Source: Azolla caroliniana
Lineage: Eukaryota; Plantae; Polypodiophyta
NCBI GenBank assembly: GCA_043228905.1
Contig: JBHGNT010000016.1
Coordinates: 11,966,001 to 12,030,000, forward strand
Reading direction: 5' to 3'
Length of the DNA stretch: 64,000 bases
In this document: positions 39,109-50,964 of the stretch, piece after piece
Layout: every line of letters begins with the position of its first letter
How positions within the stretch are numbered: the stretch's first letter is position 1
Translations under genes and position numbers: made by a program
The notes under the pieces: model-generated
What the model was told of the DNA's origin: nothing
Database searches by the model: none
Seen by the model: only the letters and a program-made list of their open reading frames with translations

Positions 39109-40764
39109 GTCTTTGCTTCTATTGAAAGCTAGTACACATACAATTGTAACTTCTTAAATTTGTTATAAGAATCAATGCGAAACCATTCCTTTCCTTCATT
39201 TTTAAAAGAAAATGTTGGAAAGAAAAAATAGCATAAACAATGTTTGTAATGCATGGGATGGAAGTCTGTGTGACAATTACCAAAACTATATCCAATACCT
39301 TGACAAATAAATAAAAGACTAAGAAATTAATCAAAATACACTATAGGCGATCTATAAAGTTGTGTCAAAATTTGAACTAGTGGAAGTTGTAAGGTCACTT
39401 TAAAAGACTAACATGAAAAAACATTCTTGAAGATTCTGGATATTTTTGTTGATGAGGTGCCCATTGTTGTGAAATGAGAGCTTTGTTTGTGCATGTTGAT
39501 CCTTGTTAAACCAAAAACAACAATGTAGGAAAACATGATAAATATACCAAAACGTAATAGAAATAGGTATTCAATTAAGGTAATCTCATAGTTTGAAAAA
39601 ATCAAATTCATTAAAAAGTTGGTCAATACAAAGTATGCAATTCCATGTTTAGAAGACAAATTGGAGTTGGAACGGAATAGGAGGATGATGTTGTTTACTT
39701 TCTTGTAAACTATGTAACTACGAAGGTGTTTGATGCAAAAGATATATTTGGTAAATGACCTCAAGGATAGGACTTTCCAATTCAGCTTCTACCATGGATG
39801 AAAGAGATCGCTTTATTTAAGAACCCATAAAAAAATAAAAAAATCGTTTTTCTCTTTGAAACAGAATAATGTTACTCTCTGTGGTGACAATTTCTTGTGT
39901 TATCAAACTCTTTAAGGTTTTGTGAGCGCCACAACACACTCTCACTAGTCTCATATTAAATTCATAATATTCTACATTATAGCGAATTATATAGTTATTA
40001 ATAAACGCAATACTTGTCCAAGTGCTTATACATAAATATGCTATGTGATTGTTAGTGAGACTTTAGTATATTTTCTTGAGAGGATAGAATATATTTCTTT
40101 CAAATGGTTCCATGCTATAAAGCCTAAAAGTAGGCTCGCACTTATAAGCGACGATTTCAGTGCTCAAAGTTGCAAGAGTGCAAACAAAAAGCACTATTCC
40201 TCATTTTATAGGTATTTCATATCTTGTTTCCATAAAAATGATCGTTAGCATAAGAGGCACCCCAAAGTTTGTTGTCTTTAAACTAATTCTACCTATTATT
40301 GAAAACATTAAAGTTATATATTTCTGAATGGGCAACAACTAAAACGATGCCCATTGATACTTCAAAACAAATGTCTCCCACTTTCCAATCAAAGTTTAAA
40401 AGGATAAGTTTCTTTCTATTATGGGATCACTTTTGACATTCACACATAAATTGCATGACATTCCTTTAAAAGAAAACATAAACTAAATATTCACCTATGT
40501 AGAATTGTGGCAACCTCCACAATGCTCTTATTACATGTTTGCGCCATATTAATTTGAGATGTTAGGTATTCCACATTGCCAAACATGTGTAATTAGAGCT
40601 TTGCATATTATATATCATATATTAGTTATTCATCTAGAAGCGTTGATGATATATCATCAAATACACACACAAATGTAATGTGTGTATGGATCATACACAT
40701 ATATTAGTTATTAGGGTCACTAGCATCACACTATCTCACTAAGCTTAGCCAAAAGTGATGGATA

Positions 40765-41265
40765 ATCATTCCTATATCATTGACTATCATATGAATGATG
40801 ATTTGTTCCTGCTTGTTACCCTTAGGAAGATTGTTACTCAGTAATTTAGTATCCTACATATGCTCCTAAGGATTAGAAACACTGCTTGACAATGTTCCCA
40901 ACAAGATGAAACAACATTTGAAAGATAATATGTGGTCATCGTAATGCACCTAGATCATACCATTACTACATACAAGGCCTTAGTGCTATCGAAAAGGTGT
41001 TTTCTCTTTTCTCTATAACTTGTTTAATTGTCTTGATTAAGACTTTTGGTTGAGCTTAGTGAGACAATGTGATGAAGTCCACTCACGTAATTCACACAAT
41101 CATCAGTAGTGTAGAGTGTTTGACAGCCATTCCTATATCGTTGACTATCATGTGAATGATGAGTTATTCTTTCTTAACGATAAAACACCATTTGAAAGAT
41201 AACATGATGTCATTGTAATGCACCTAGACCATACCACTACTACATAACAAGGCCTTAGTGCTACG
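40765..41265. repeat. Diverged local direct duplication (~40765-40990 / ~41125-41265)
   Basis: Shared CATTCCTATATC.TTGACTATCAT.TGAATGATGA and GTAATGCACCTAGA.CATACCA..ACAAGGCCTTAGTGCTA. Confidence 0.7.
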
Positions 41266-41940
41266 GAAACCCAACACATCGTTTAACTTTATTATCCTAT
41301 TTCTTTGCCAGACATTCTATTTTTATGGCATGATGGCATCCTTCCAAGTGGAGGGGATTCAAGGAAATACTGCTCCCACAAATCCCAATTGAGTCGCATT
41401 TTAAAAAAATACAAAAGTTCCTTAATTCCACCTTGAACAATTTTTGAACTCCAACAATCTTATGGTGCTCTAGAAGCATATGTCATTAGTATGGAATGAG
41501 TTACTAATATAGACTAGACAAACGTCAAGGTGAGCCATCATTTGTTGTCAAGCCATTTATGAGAGAAAAAAAGGAGAGAACCAAAGAAATAATTCTCATG
41601 TGGCTTGGCCGATGGGAGTCTCATTTTGAGCTCTACCCTAAGCCAAATAGTACCAAGATTACCCATGTTAGTCAAAAACTAGGGGGTAACATTGTCGCTT
41701 GGTGGTGTGGGCTTTGTTTTACTAGGAAATTGCTAGATACCTGGACAAACTGCCACGGTTTTTAGGGGTCAATTTCTACAATCTCCATATTGCATTGAGG
41801 CAACACAAGCACTAATGAACCTCTTTGGTTGGAAAATTTCCTCACTTAAGGATTATGTTCAATGATTCCTAGAACCCAACTTCAAATATTGGGTCTTTAA
41901 GTTGACAATTGGTTAATTTCTTGTTTCGTCAATGACATTC

Positions 41941-43549
41941 TGTTAATCATTAGGTAATTAAGCAAGGGTTAATTAGTGACTAATTATGTGATTAAGTTAA
42001 GCGGAAGATTAAGTGATATGTGTGTGTATGTGTGTGAGAGGAAGAGAGACAGGAAGTTAACACTTATGATCAGTGATACAAGATGGGGGATGATTAACTA
42101 TATTAAAAAGCATCATCAAATACAAAAATACTCACAATGAGGTATATAGACATCACATGTGCAAAGGTGCACATGTGTTAGTAGAAATATAGGTAGAAGG
42201 GTATAAGTCCTATATTAAATGAACATGGGAGTGGAGGATCTACAATGTATCCCACTCAAGCACAAAATCCTATTTAAGGCTTTAAGGGCAACACTCTAGT
42301 TACTAGATTCTACCTAGGTAACTACTAAGTTACATGTGTTGACTAACTAACTAAATCTAGTTGAGCTTGATATCTCAACACGCCCCCTCAAGCTCAAGTG
42401 TGAGGCATCTAACATCTGCTTTGGCTTTTGACGGCTTCCGTCTGGTTTTCGGCTTTCTTCGGCCTTTCTGGCCCGCTTTGGCTTTCGTCGGCTTCCGTCC
42501 GGCCTTCAACTTTCTTCGGCCCTTCCGAGGCAGTCTCGATTCCTCCCTCTCAAGCCGATGACAAAGGTTTGTAGTGTGAAATGGGCGAAGGCCGACCGCT
42601 TCTGCAGAGCTCACGGGCTCTTGTTCAACCACTACCTTCATCGCGAAGGCATAATGATGGGCCATGTACTCGTTGTAGCCGAGCCAAGTGACAGGATTCT
42701 TCTCTCTAGAAGAGGGTCGAAGTTTTTCGCTTGCCAATGTGAGCGCCTTCTTTACTTCGGGTGTCCACATGATGGGTACACCAAACTCACTACCTATATC
42801 GTCCTCCAAGTTGACGTTCAACTCTTCCTTGGTTGGGTCGGGTGGAACCAAATCGGCCTTATACCAAGATGCCGACTCGTCGAAGATTACGTCTCGATTG
42901 ACCCGAACCGCTCGGGTCGAAGGGTTATAGGACTTGTATACCTTCTTCTCAGATGAGTATCCTACGAGGATACATTCCTTCGATCACATACATGTGCTAC
43001 GTAGCGGCACTACGGTAGCGGATAGCGGGAATTTGTCGTTGGCGTTTCGAACACACAATCACGAAGAATCGGGTGCACTTAGTGGATGTACTAAACCACA
43101 TGCTCTGATACCATGTTAATAATTAGGTAATTAAGCAAGGGTTAATTAGCGAGTAATTATGTGATTAAGTTAAACAGAAGATTAAGTGACATGTGTGTGT
43201 ATGTGTGTGAGAGGAAGAGAGATAAGAAGTTAACACTTATAAACAACGAGACAAGATGGGTGATGATTAACTATATTAAAAAGCATCATCAAATACAAAA
43301 ATACCCACAATGAGGTATATATACATTTCATGTGCAAAGGTGCACATGAGTGAGTAGAATATAGGTACAAGGGTGTAAGTGCTATATTAAATGAACATGG
43401 GAGTGGAGGATCCACAATGTATCCCACTTAAGTACAAAATCCTATTTTAAGCTTTAAGGTCAACACATTAACTAGATTCTATCTAGGTAACTACTAAGTT
43501 ACATGTGTTGACTAACTAACTAAATCTAGTTGAGCTTGATATCTCAACA
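41941..43549 (-). mobile_element. Non-autonomous mini copia element (1.6 kb), TSD CATTC
   Basis: LTRs 43114-43549 and 41941-42380, PBS TGGTATCAGAGCA (tRNA-iMet, 43101-43113), PPT TTGAGGGGGCG; the 733-bp interior keeps only an integrase C-terminal piece (ECILVGYSSEKK..RDVIFDES). Confidence 0.93.
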
Positions 43550-43559
43550 CATTCTGAAT

Positions 43560-44596
43560 TTAGACTATCATTGGAGCACGATAAGATCCAAAATCCTTCG
43601 AAGAGGCCATTGAAATTGTTTTTTATTATCAACACACATTGAAGGACCATAATAAACTTGGATGCATATGGCGAAAAACATCTTTTTCAGCATGGCGAAG
43701 GAGACGAGGACATTCTCACTTTGGGAGAAGTTACAAGCCCTATACGAGAAAAAATCCTCCTCGTCGAAGTTCATATTGATTCGACAATTGTTCAATATGA
43801 AGATGAGAGAGATGGATCTAGTGACCTCCCACATTCACACCTTTATCCAGGTGTTGTCTGAACTCTCTTCCCAAGGGATTAACTTTGAAGAAGACGTTAA
43901 GGCCCTTGCCCTACATTCGAGCTTGTCGGCGAGCTGGGAGGTCTTCTGCAGAACATTCGCCAATAGTTGTCCAAATCTCAATTTGGACGAAACAATCAGA
44001 CAAGTCCTTATTGAGGACATCCGACGACAATCGATGGGCCTCACCATTGATGATTCGACAAAAGCTCACCACTAAACTGAACAAATCGATCGAAGTACCA
44101 ATTGGCCAAAGAGGAAGGAATATCGGTAGCGGTCGAAGTCGAGAAATAATCAATCGAATGTCTTCTACACACATTGCAAGAAAGAAGTCCACCCACAATT
44201 TTTCTGACTGTTGGTTGATAAAGAGAAAGGAGAACGGTCAACGATTTTGGTCGAACACAAGGAAAATCTTATTTGAATCGTTCTCCTACCAACCATCAAG
44301 TCAATGTTGTTGAATCCCAGTTCAGAAAAGTTCCCTCCTTGGAAGACTCCTTGATCGGTGAAGTCCTTTACAGAGCGCAAGATGCGAGAACATGGATGTT
44401 GGACTCTGGCTCCACATTTCATGTGACCCTTGACATCGAAGCCGATTTAGGACTATTCGGTCAGAGCCGACGACATAGTCCAACTCGAAAATGGGTAGAA
44501 ATGCATAATAGCAGGGATTGGAGAGGTCCCCATTTAATTACCGAACGTCAATTCAATCACCCTGCATCGATTATGGCACATACCCGAGCTACAAAG
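43560..44596 (+). pseudogene. Ty1/copia gag-protease fragment
   Basis: LWEKLQALYEKKSSSSK..LIRQLFNMKM and WMLDSGSTFH; cut by the LTR insertion at 44597. Confidence 0.85.
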
Positions 44597-47500
44597 TGTT
44601 GATGGGTGGGGGATGGACTCAATCTCCCAAGGGGGTTCAAATATGAGGGGAGAGAGAGAAAGAAAGAAAAAAGAAAGATATATTAACGTCTTCTAAATCC
44701 AAATTTGGCCTATAAGACAAATGGTTTACAACAAAAAATGGGATATTTACCCATTCATCGAAAGTAAAAAATAAAAATAAAAATAGAGTTTTAAGCTAAA
44801 TAGTTCTAGTAAAATAATAAACATGTTCTACAATGAAAATGATGTTATACTAGGCCTAATTTCATTTCCATCCAAGTCTCTCCAAGAGAAGCGAGAGGTC
44901 AAAGGGTTTCGATGTGGATGTGGCCCGTGGCCCCAATGTAAAAGGTACCCCAACCATAGCTTCTAATCGACGTAGCTCACGTTCCCTTATCTTCTTAATC
45001 CTTTCTACTCCGTGTTGACTTGTTTTGAAGCCCAATATCCAAGGGCGTTTGGTTGTTCTTTGCATTTCGGCTTCCTCAAGAGAGAGGCCGAGCGGCGTAA
45101 GTTTATCCACATTCATCATCTCCCCTTGTTCCTGAAAAATTACACTAGTTACAAGTTGATGAATAGTAAAAGGGTTATGGTTAACATTTTATAATTTATT
45201 CTCCCCATGTTGTTTTAGCTCTAAGATATACCTACCTAGTCTCTTTACATCCGGGGTATCTAATAGTTTGGAGAGGGTGGAAGAGGGTCCTAATATGTCT
45301 TGGTATTCCACTTGTATCTCGGCATAAGTTGGGCACTTGCATGTGAAGTGATACTCATCCTCTATCTCTATGTGGCACAACCTACATAGCCTTTCCTCCC
45401 TAGGGACTCTATTAGCCCAACCATTCTCAATCTCAAGTTGGTGAGATGATATCCTAAGTTGTCGTATGGCCACCCTTAGTGCATTTGATAAGAATGTATC
45501 TAGAGATCTTGCTCGTGTAATAAAACCTAACTAAGAGAAGTGCAAGAAGTGTTCCTTATAGTACAACATTTTAGATGGGAGTGGCTCTCGTGGGGTGATC
45601 CATTTATATCAAGTGTAAATTTTCCATATTTCTTGGCATATCACTTTATTACGGTCTTCATGAGATATTAGAGTTTAGTCAGTCCCATGCTTGTACTTAA
45701 GGGGGTGTAGGTTATTAATGTCTATGCCGTTTGCAAGTAACCAACTCACCACAGTGTTGTACCAAGACCTAGTGTCACCAAATGCATGTAGGGATCGGGA
45801 TGCCTCAAAGGCTCCACGGGATAGCCTATCTTGTGGATGGCTATGTATCCGATGAATAAAAACTACCACTTAAAACAATGCTGCTACTAACATCGGGGGC
45901 AGACTGAACTCTCCTCTAATAATGTCATGTGGTACTGTCGATTTGCTTTGGAGTTGACGTGATAACATCGTCACCAAAGGTCTCTCTAATTGCGTCCACA
46001 TGAAAGATGGTAGACCTAGAGCCCATACTACTGATGCATACATGAGGGACGGGGTCACTAATGAGTCGAAGAGCCATCCCTTAGTCTGTGGCTCTTGAAA
46101 GTATGCCTGGTGGCATTGCCTCTCTAAGAGTTAGAGGGATGCATACCGTCTCGTTAGCCTATCTTTGGCTGCTTGGGTCATCGAGAATTTACTTGAGCGA
46201 GCACTAAAAGTGACTCTCAAGTATACATATGATCCAACTACCTCAACTAATTTTTGAGAGAGGATTAAGTGACATTTACTCCTAACTCGGGAGGATGTAT
46301 GAAAGATAAGGACTTTGGTTTTCGTTAGATTCACTACCAGTCCTCATTGTGTATAAAAGTCATCTAGGGCATTAAGATGCTTTTGTAGGTCATGTTCTGA
46401 CTTTGAGAGCAAGACAATGTCGTCTGTGTAGAGTAAGAGACTAACTTGCGTATCCCCAATAGCTACTCCCTTGCCTCCCTTATGAGAAATAAAATCAGTG
46501 ATCTCATCAATGTAGGTCCCAAAAAGAGTCGGTGATAGGGGGCAACCCTGTTTTACACTAATGGTGTTAGTGAAACAATCAGATAGGCCACTTGGGCATC
46601 TTACACACCCAGACCTTGTTCATATAGGGCATAAATGCCCTAGATCATGTCATTTGGTATCTCCAAGCACTTAAGCCTATCAAACAACTTCTCCCTAGGA
46701 AATGTGTCAAAGGCTTTGCGGAAGTCCACAAAGCAAGAATATAGTTTCTTCTTACGAGCCTTCATATCATCAATTAAGCACCTAAGTGTGAAGATATGGT
46801 CAATAGTGGAGAAGGCTTGTCTAAAGCCAGCCTGCTCAGGGGCTCGAAGACTTAATGTTTCCATATAATCGTTGAGCTCCGCTTCCATCACCGCACCATA
46901 TAGTTTAGCGAGCGTATGACCTATCATAATGGTCCTATATGTATTTGGGTCCATTGGGTCCCCTCCTTTATGTATAGGGGCCACTATGTTCATGGTCCAT
47001 TGTGGTGGAAAACCCTCGGGGAGGGTGTGGTTGAAGATTAGAGTGAGAAAGGGGGCTAGGCACTCTCGAGCATATATGATGTGCTCGGGATCCTGTGTGG
47101 TCCATGGATTTCCTATGTTGTAATTTTTTTATGACCTTCGTGACCCTAGAGGTCGTGAAAAGTGTCCCCATGGTAGGTTGGGGTGTGGAAGGCATTGGAA
47201 TGGGTGGTTGATTCGGGACATGGTAGAGTCTCTCAATATATGTATGCCAAATATTTCGGATCCTCGATGGGTGTTTGTGCTCGCGGTTCCCGTAGTCTCT
47301 TCCATGCAAGGGCACAATCCCTAGTCATGAGCCTATGGTAGAGTTCCCAATATTGGGATGCTTCCCAAGCTCATCTTTTACAATGTGTCATCTTGCGCAT
47401 CTCTTTTCGAGCCCGTACTGAGGAAATAGTACCACTAAGTCGCGACACTTTAAGTTGTCTATACAACTCTACAATCCTCGTCATACCACTTGTTCTGTGG

Positions 47501-50035
47501 CATAGACCCTATTCTACTATGATTTGAGTGTTTTGTGTATGGGAAGCTACTAATTGATGCTGAGTGAAGGGTGTGCACGAGTTCTATAATGAGGTTCTCT
47601 AAAGGCAAGTAAGAATCAAAAGAGGAGAGATGGGCTTGAACATGTTGGGAGTAGATGTCAGCGAGCTCATGCGTGAAATGTATTATGGTGTGATGGTTTG
47701 GTTGACTAGAGTTGGTGGCGTGGGAGGTGTCGCATTTTAGCTCAAAGTATAGGAAGCTATGGTCTACACCAATGGGGCATGTGGCCACCCAGAAGGAGTT
47801 AACCATGTGGGTAGCCTCAGGGTGTCCTATTAGGTAATCAACTGTGCTTTCCCCTCCTCCATGTGGGAAACATGTGAATGCTTCTGAGCCCGGCCACTTG
47901 GCTAAGCCATTATATATGATCATCTGGTGTCGGCTTCCAAGTTCAAGCAGATGATGGCCAAAGTTGGTGGCGCCCGCACGTTGATCCTTTGATGTACGTG
48001 TTATGTCTAAGTCTAAAGGGTCGACATTCACCATTTATAGGTTTCTAACCATTTGAAATATTGTGCATTGTCGGGATTGGGTTCTCACATTGAAATCCCC
48101 TATAAGGAAGACTTCCCCTTAGGAAGAATATCGGATTATGTCATCCGATAAAGGTTCGTATGGAGAAGGCCCATGCAGCGTTCCTTCATCAACTATACTT
48201 GCCTCTCCAGCCATATTATACCAGGATCCTTTCGGGGGAAGTAATACACGGCGATAAATATCACATGATCCTTGGTAGTGAGAACTTTCACCCACATAAA
48301 ACGGGCTTCTAGGTCTTTCTTTAGTATTTCTATCCTATTATGTATCTCTCTCCGAAATAGTATCGCAACCCCTCCAAACCCTCTAGTAGTATGTCGATGT
48401 GAGGTTTGTCTAAAGACAGATTCCCAACAAAAACCGTCAACTCGTGGTAGTCCTCGATTTGGGCTCTGATGTGTTTCTACTAAACAAATTATGTCAAATA
48501 CCTTCAAAATCTCCTCTAAACGGCCAGGGTGTGTCAAAAGTGCACCGTTACAGTTCCATAAAGTCATCCTAAGTTTATTGTTTGTCACATCGGCCACACG
48601 CCGTCAATTGGAGGCACAATCATTTGTTATCACACGTCAGTCTCGGTAAAAAGCATGATGCCCCTCTTTATAAGCTTCTATGACTCGCTGCATACAAGTT
48701 TTACGATGCTCAATTTGCATCTTGGTCGGGTCTTCATCAAGCGTCCCCGCCCAATCCTCGAAGAATTGGTCTCTTTTTAAAGAATGTGATTCTAGATTCT
48801 AAGTCCTTAAACTGAAGGACCAAAGCTCTTTTCCTAATGGTGTCACGTCCTACCCTCCAAATTTTAGTAATTGGTAGGGCTTCGTACCCTAATGTTTGTG
48901 CATCTTCATCAGGAGATGCCCCTTCCTTGAGCCCAATAACTTGTACATTTAGGCGTCGAGCTTGACATTTTTCCTCCTCATGGGTAGTGTTTACAATATT
49001 TTCATCCTTTAGTTCCTTTTTAATATTAGTACGTTCTACTACATCAACCCACCTAGTTTTTGCTAATTCCATATCGCTTTTAACTTGTTCCTTAACCTTT
49101 TTTATTGCATCCTTAATATCCTCTAGGGAAGATATTTGACCATCTTCCCTAGATGTCTCAAGGTCCTTAACTTGTTTCTGAATATTCGTGTTGTCTACTT
49201 TAAGTTTCGTTATTTCAGCAATAAGCACTTCTTTTTCTTCCTTATCTTTTTGTTTTTCAGCTTCAATCTCTTTTGCCCATTTTTCTATTTTAACTAAACT
49301 GTTAAGGACATCTAAAAGTTCTTCCTTACTTATAATTTCTTCATGTGTTTCCTTATGGTTTCGTCTAGAAATCATGTTGTAAATCAAACGATAAAAGAAA
49401 GAAAAGACAAAGAGGACAGAAAAACTTAGCCAAGCATCGATGCCTTGCGTGCTAGGTTCGAGTGTAGAAGCACATGTATGCTCTCTCGTTTACTCAACCG
49501 ATGACATTGTCAAAAGCGTAGGTGATAGCGGCAGCCAACAACGACGACAACGGCAATGACTACACACAACAACGACGGCGGTAGCGGCGACGGTCGAGAA
49601 CTGACGACAACGATGATGACGGTAATGGTGACGGCGACAGACGATAAACAACGGCGGCGGCAGTAGCAACAACGACATCGGCCGCAAACGACGGCGACAA
49701 CAGGCGACGATAGCAGTAGACGGTGATGACAACAACAGAAAGAGCCATTATTGAGAGAGAGAGAGAGAGAGAGATGCACAGAGAATGAGAGAGGGAGAAT
49801 CGAGACAGACACAGTTGAGGGGTAACTTCAATATATTTCCCCTTTTTCCATGCCCCATTGGTGGGGTCTAAATAGTACAAGATCTCATCATTACAAAAAG
49901 CCGAGTGGGGGTAGTTACACCTACTTACCCCACCTAACACTCACACATTAACATTTCATATTACATATTACACATTGCACCTTACACACCATACACATTA
50001 TGTCGTAACCCTCCCGTACACCTATACGGGTAACA
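44597..50035 (-). mobile_element. 3' LTR of a minus-strand Ty3 element (pieces 44597-~44658 and ~49753-50035), split by a LINE
   Basis: The two pieces align in order with the reverse complement of LTR 4595-4940 (TGTTG..GGGTGGGGG..CCCAAGGGGGTT; ..TACGGGTAACA); the flank 50036-50145 resembles 5155-5227 plus 5883-5918. Confidence 0.72.
44660..49752 (-). mobile_element. Full-length decayed RTE-X-like LINE (ORF1 ~49387-48600; ORF2 48597-44862)
   Basis: Coiled-coil ORF1 with RRLNVQVIGL..YLDEDLT; ORF2 APE (LWNCNG, CLVETH, GDFN, STVDYL, DH), RT (FVDFRKAFD, VKQGCPLSP, YTDD), C-terminal LRISSHQLEIE..REERLCRLC..EDEYHF..C; TC-rich tail. Clade and ends are approximate. Confidence 0.85.
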
Positions 50036-50831
50036 CCTGGCACGCCCGTGGGACAATGCATTGCACGTCGAACCCACAAGCCCATGCCAAAAACTCATTG
50101 ACCGGAAACTCCATTGATCTTCTCTCAATGATCGGAAATCCCTCAACCGGAGCACTGTTCTACAATTGATAACTTCGATCGGAGCTGGCTTGACACGAAG
50201 CTTCTCTCTAAACATAAACTCCTCTCTAAACATAAGCTCCTCTCTAAACAGAAGCTCCCTCAATATAATGTCTATAATATTTAACATTATATTAATACAA
50301 TCAATAAATATATTATTTTTAATATAATAATTATATTCAACATATTAATAATTACTTAAACTAGTCTGTATAAAGTTAAATCAAGTATAATATAATTACA
50401 ATCATTACCAAGCCATATATACGTTGGATTAAAGTTAAAATCATTGGGTAATTAATGGCACCTATATTTAATATAGAACTTCTCAGTCATTGGTTCATTC
50501 ATGCCCACCATTTTAAATATAAGACTTTTCAATCATTGGTTCATTCATGCTCACATGTTTAATACAAAGCAATTAAGAGTCATAAAAATGTTGCTTTGAG
50601 TAATCAATCATTGATTCATTCATGAACCTCTATCATTGTTTCCGTCATGACCTTCAAAGTCATTGTATGTTATTTTGACTATAAAATAATCATCAATATG
50701 CTAGTTTGACTTTGTAATCATTGATGCAATCATAAGTAACTCTGGTTAAAGTGACAGTGGTTACTAACTAACTAACCTCACCAACCTTGGTTAAAGTGAT
50801 TGTGGTTACTTTAACCACTGTAGTCAATCCC

Positions 50832-50839
50832 TATAAATA
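50832..50839 (+). promoter_or_regulatory. Candidate TATA box of the ParB-MTase gene
   Basis: TATAAATA, then a leader with AGAGCA repeats and ACCATG at 50965. Confidence 0.5.
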
Positions 50840-50964
50840 AGAAGACCTTGTCATATTTCAATCACACGAAGCACAAGAGCACATAGAGCAAACAGAGCAA
50901 CCAGAGCACACAGAGCACGTCACACGAAAGTGAGATCTCCGCCTAAACTTCAACAAGATCAACC

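Noticed and set aside
39920-39950. Helitron 3' end (hairpin plus CTAG)
   Set aside because: The hairpin is weak and directly abuts CTAG, and no 5' end or Rep/helicase was found.
45124-45190. Intron near the LINE ORF2 3' end
   Set aside because: The segment reads through in frame without splicing.
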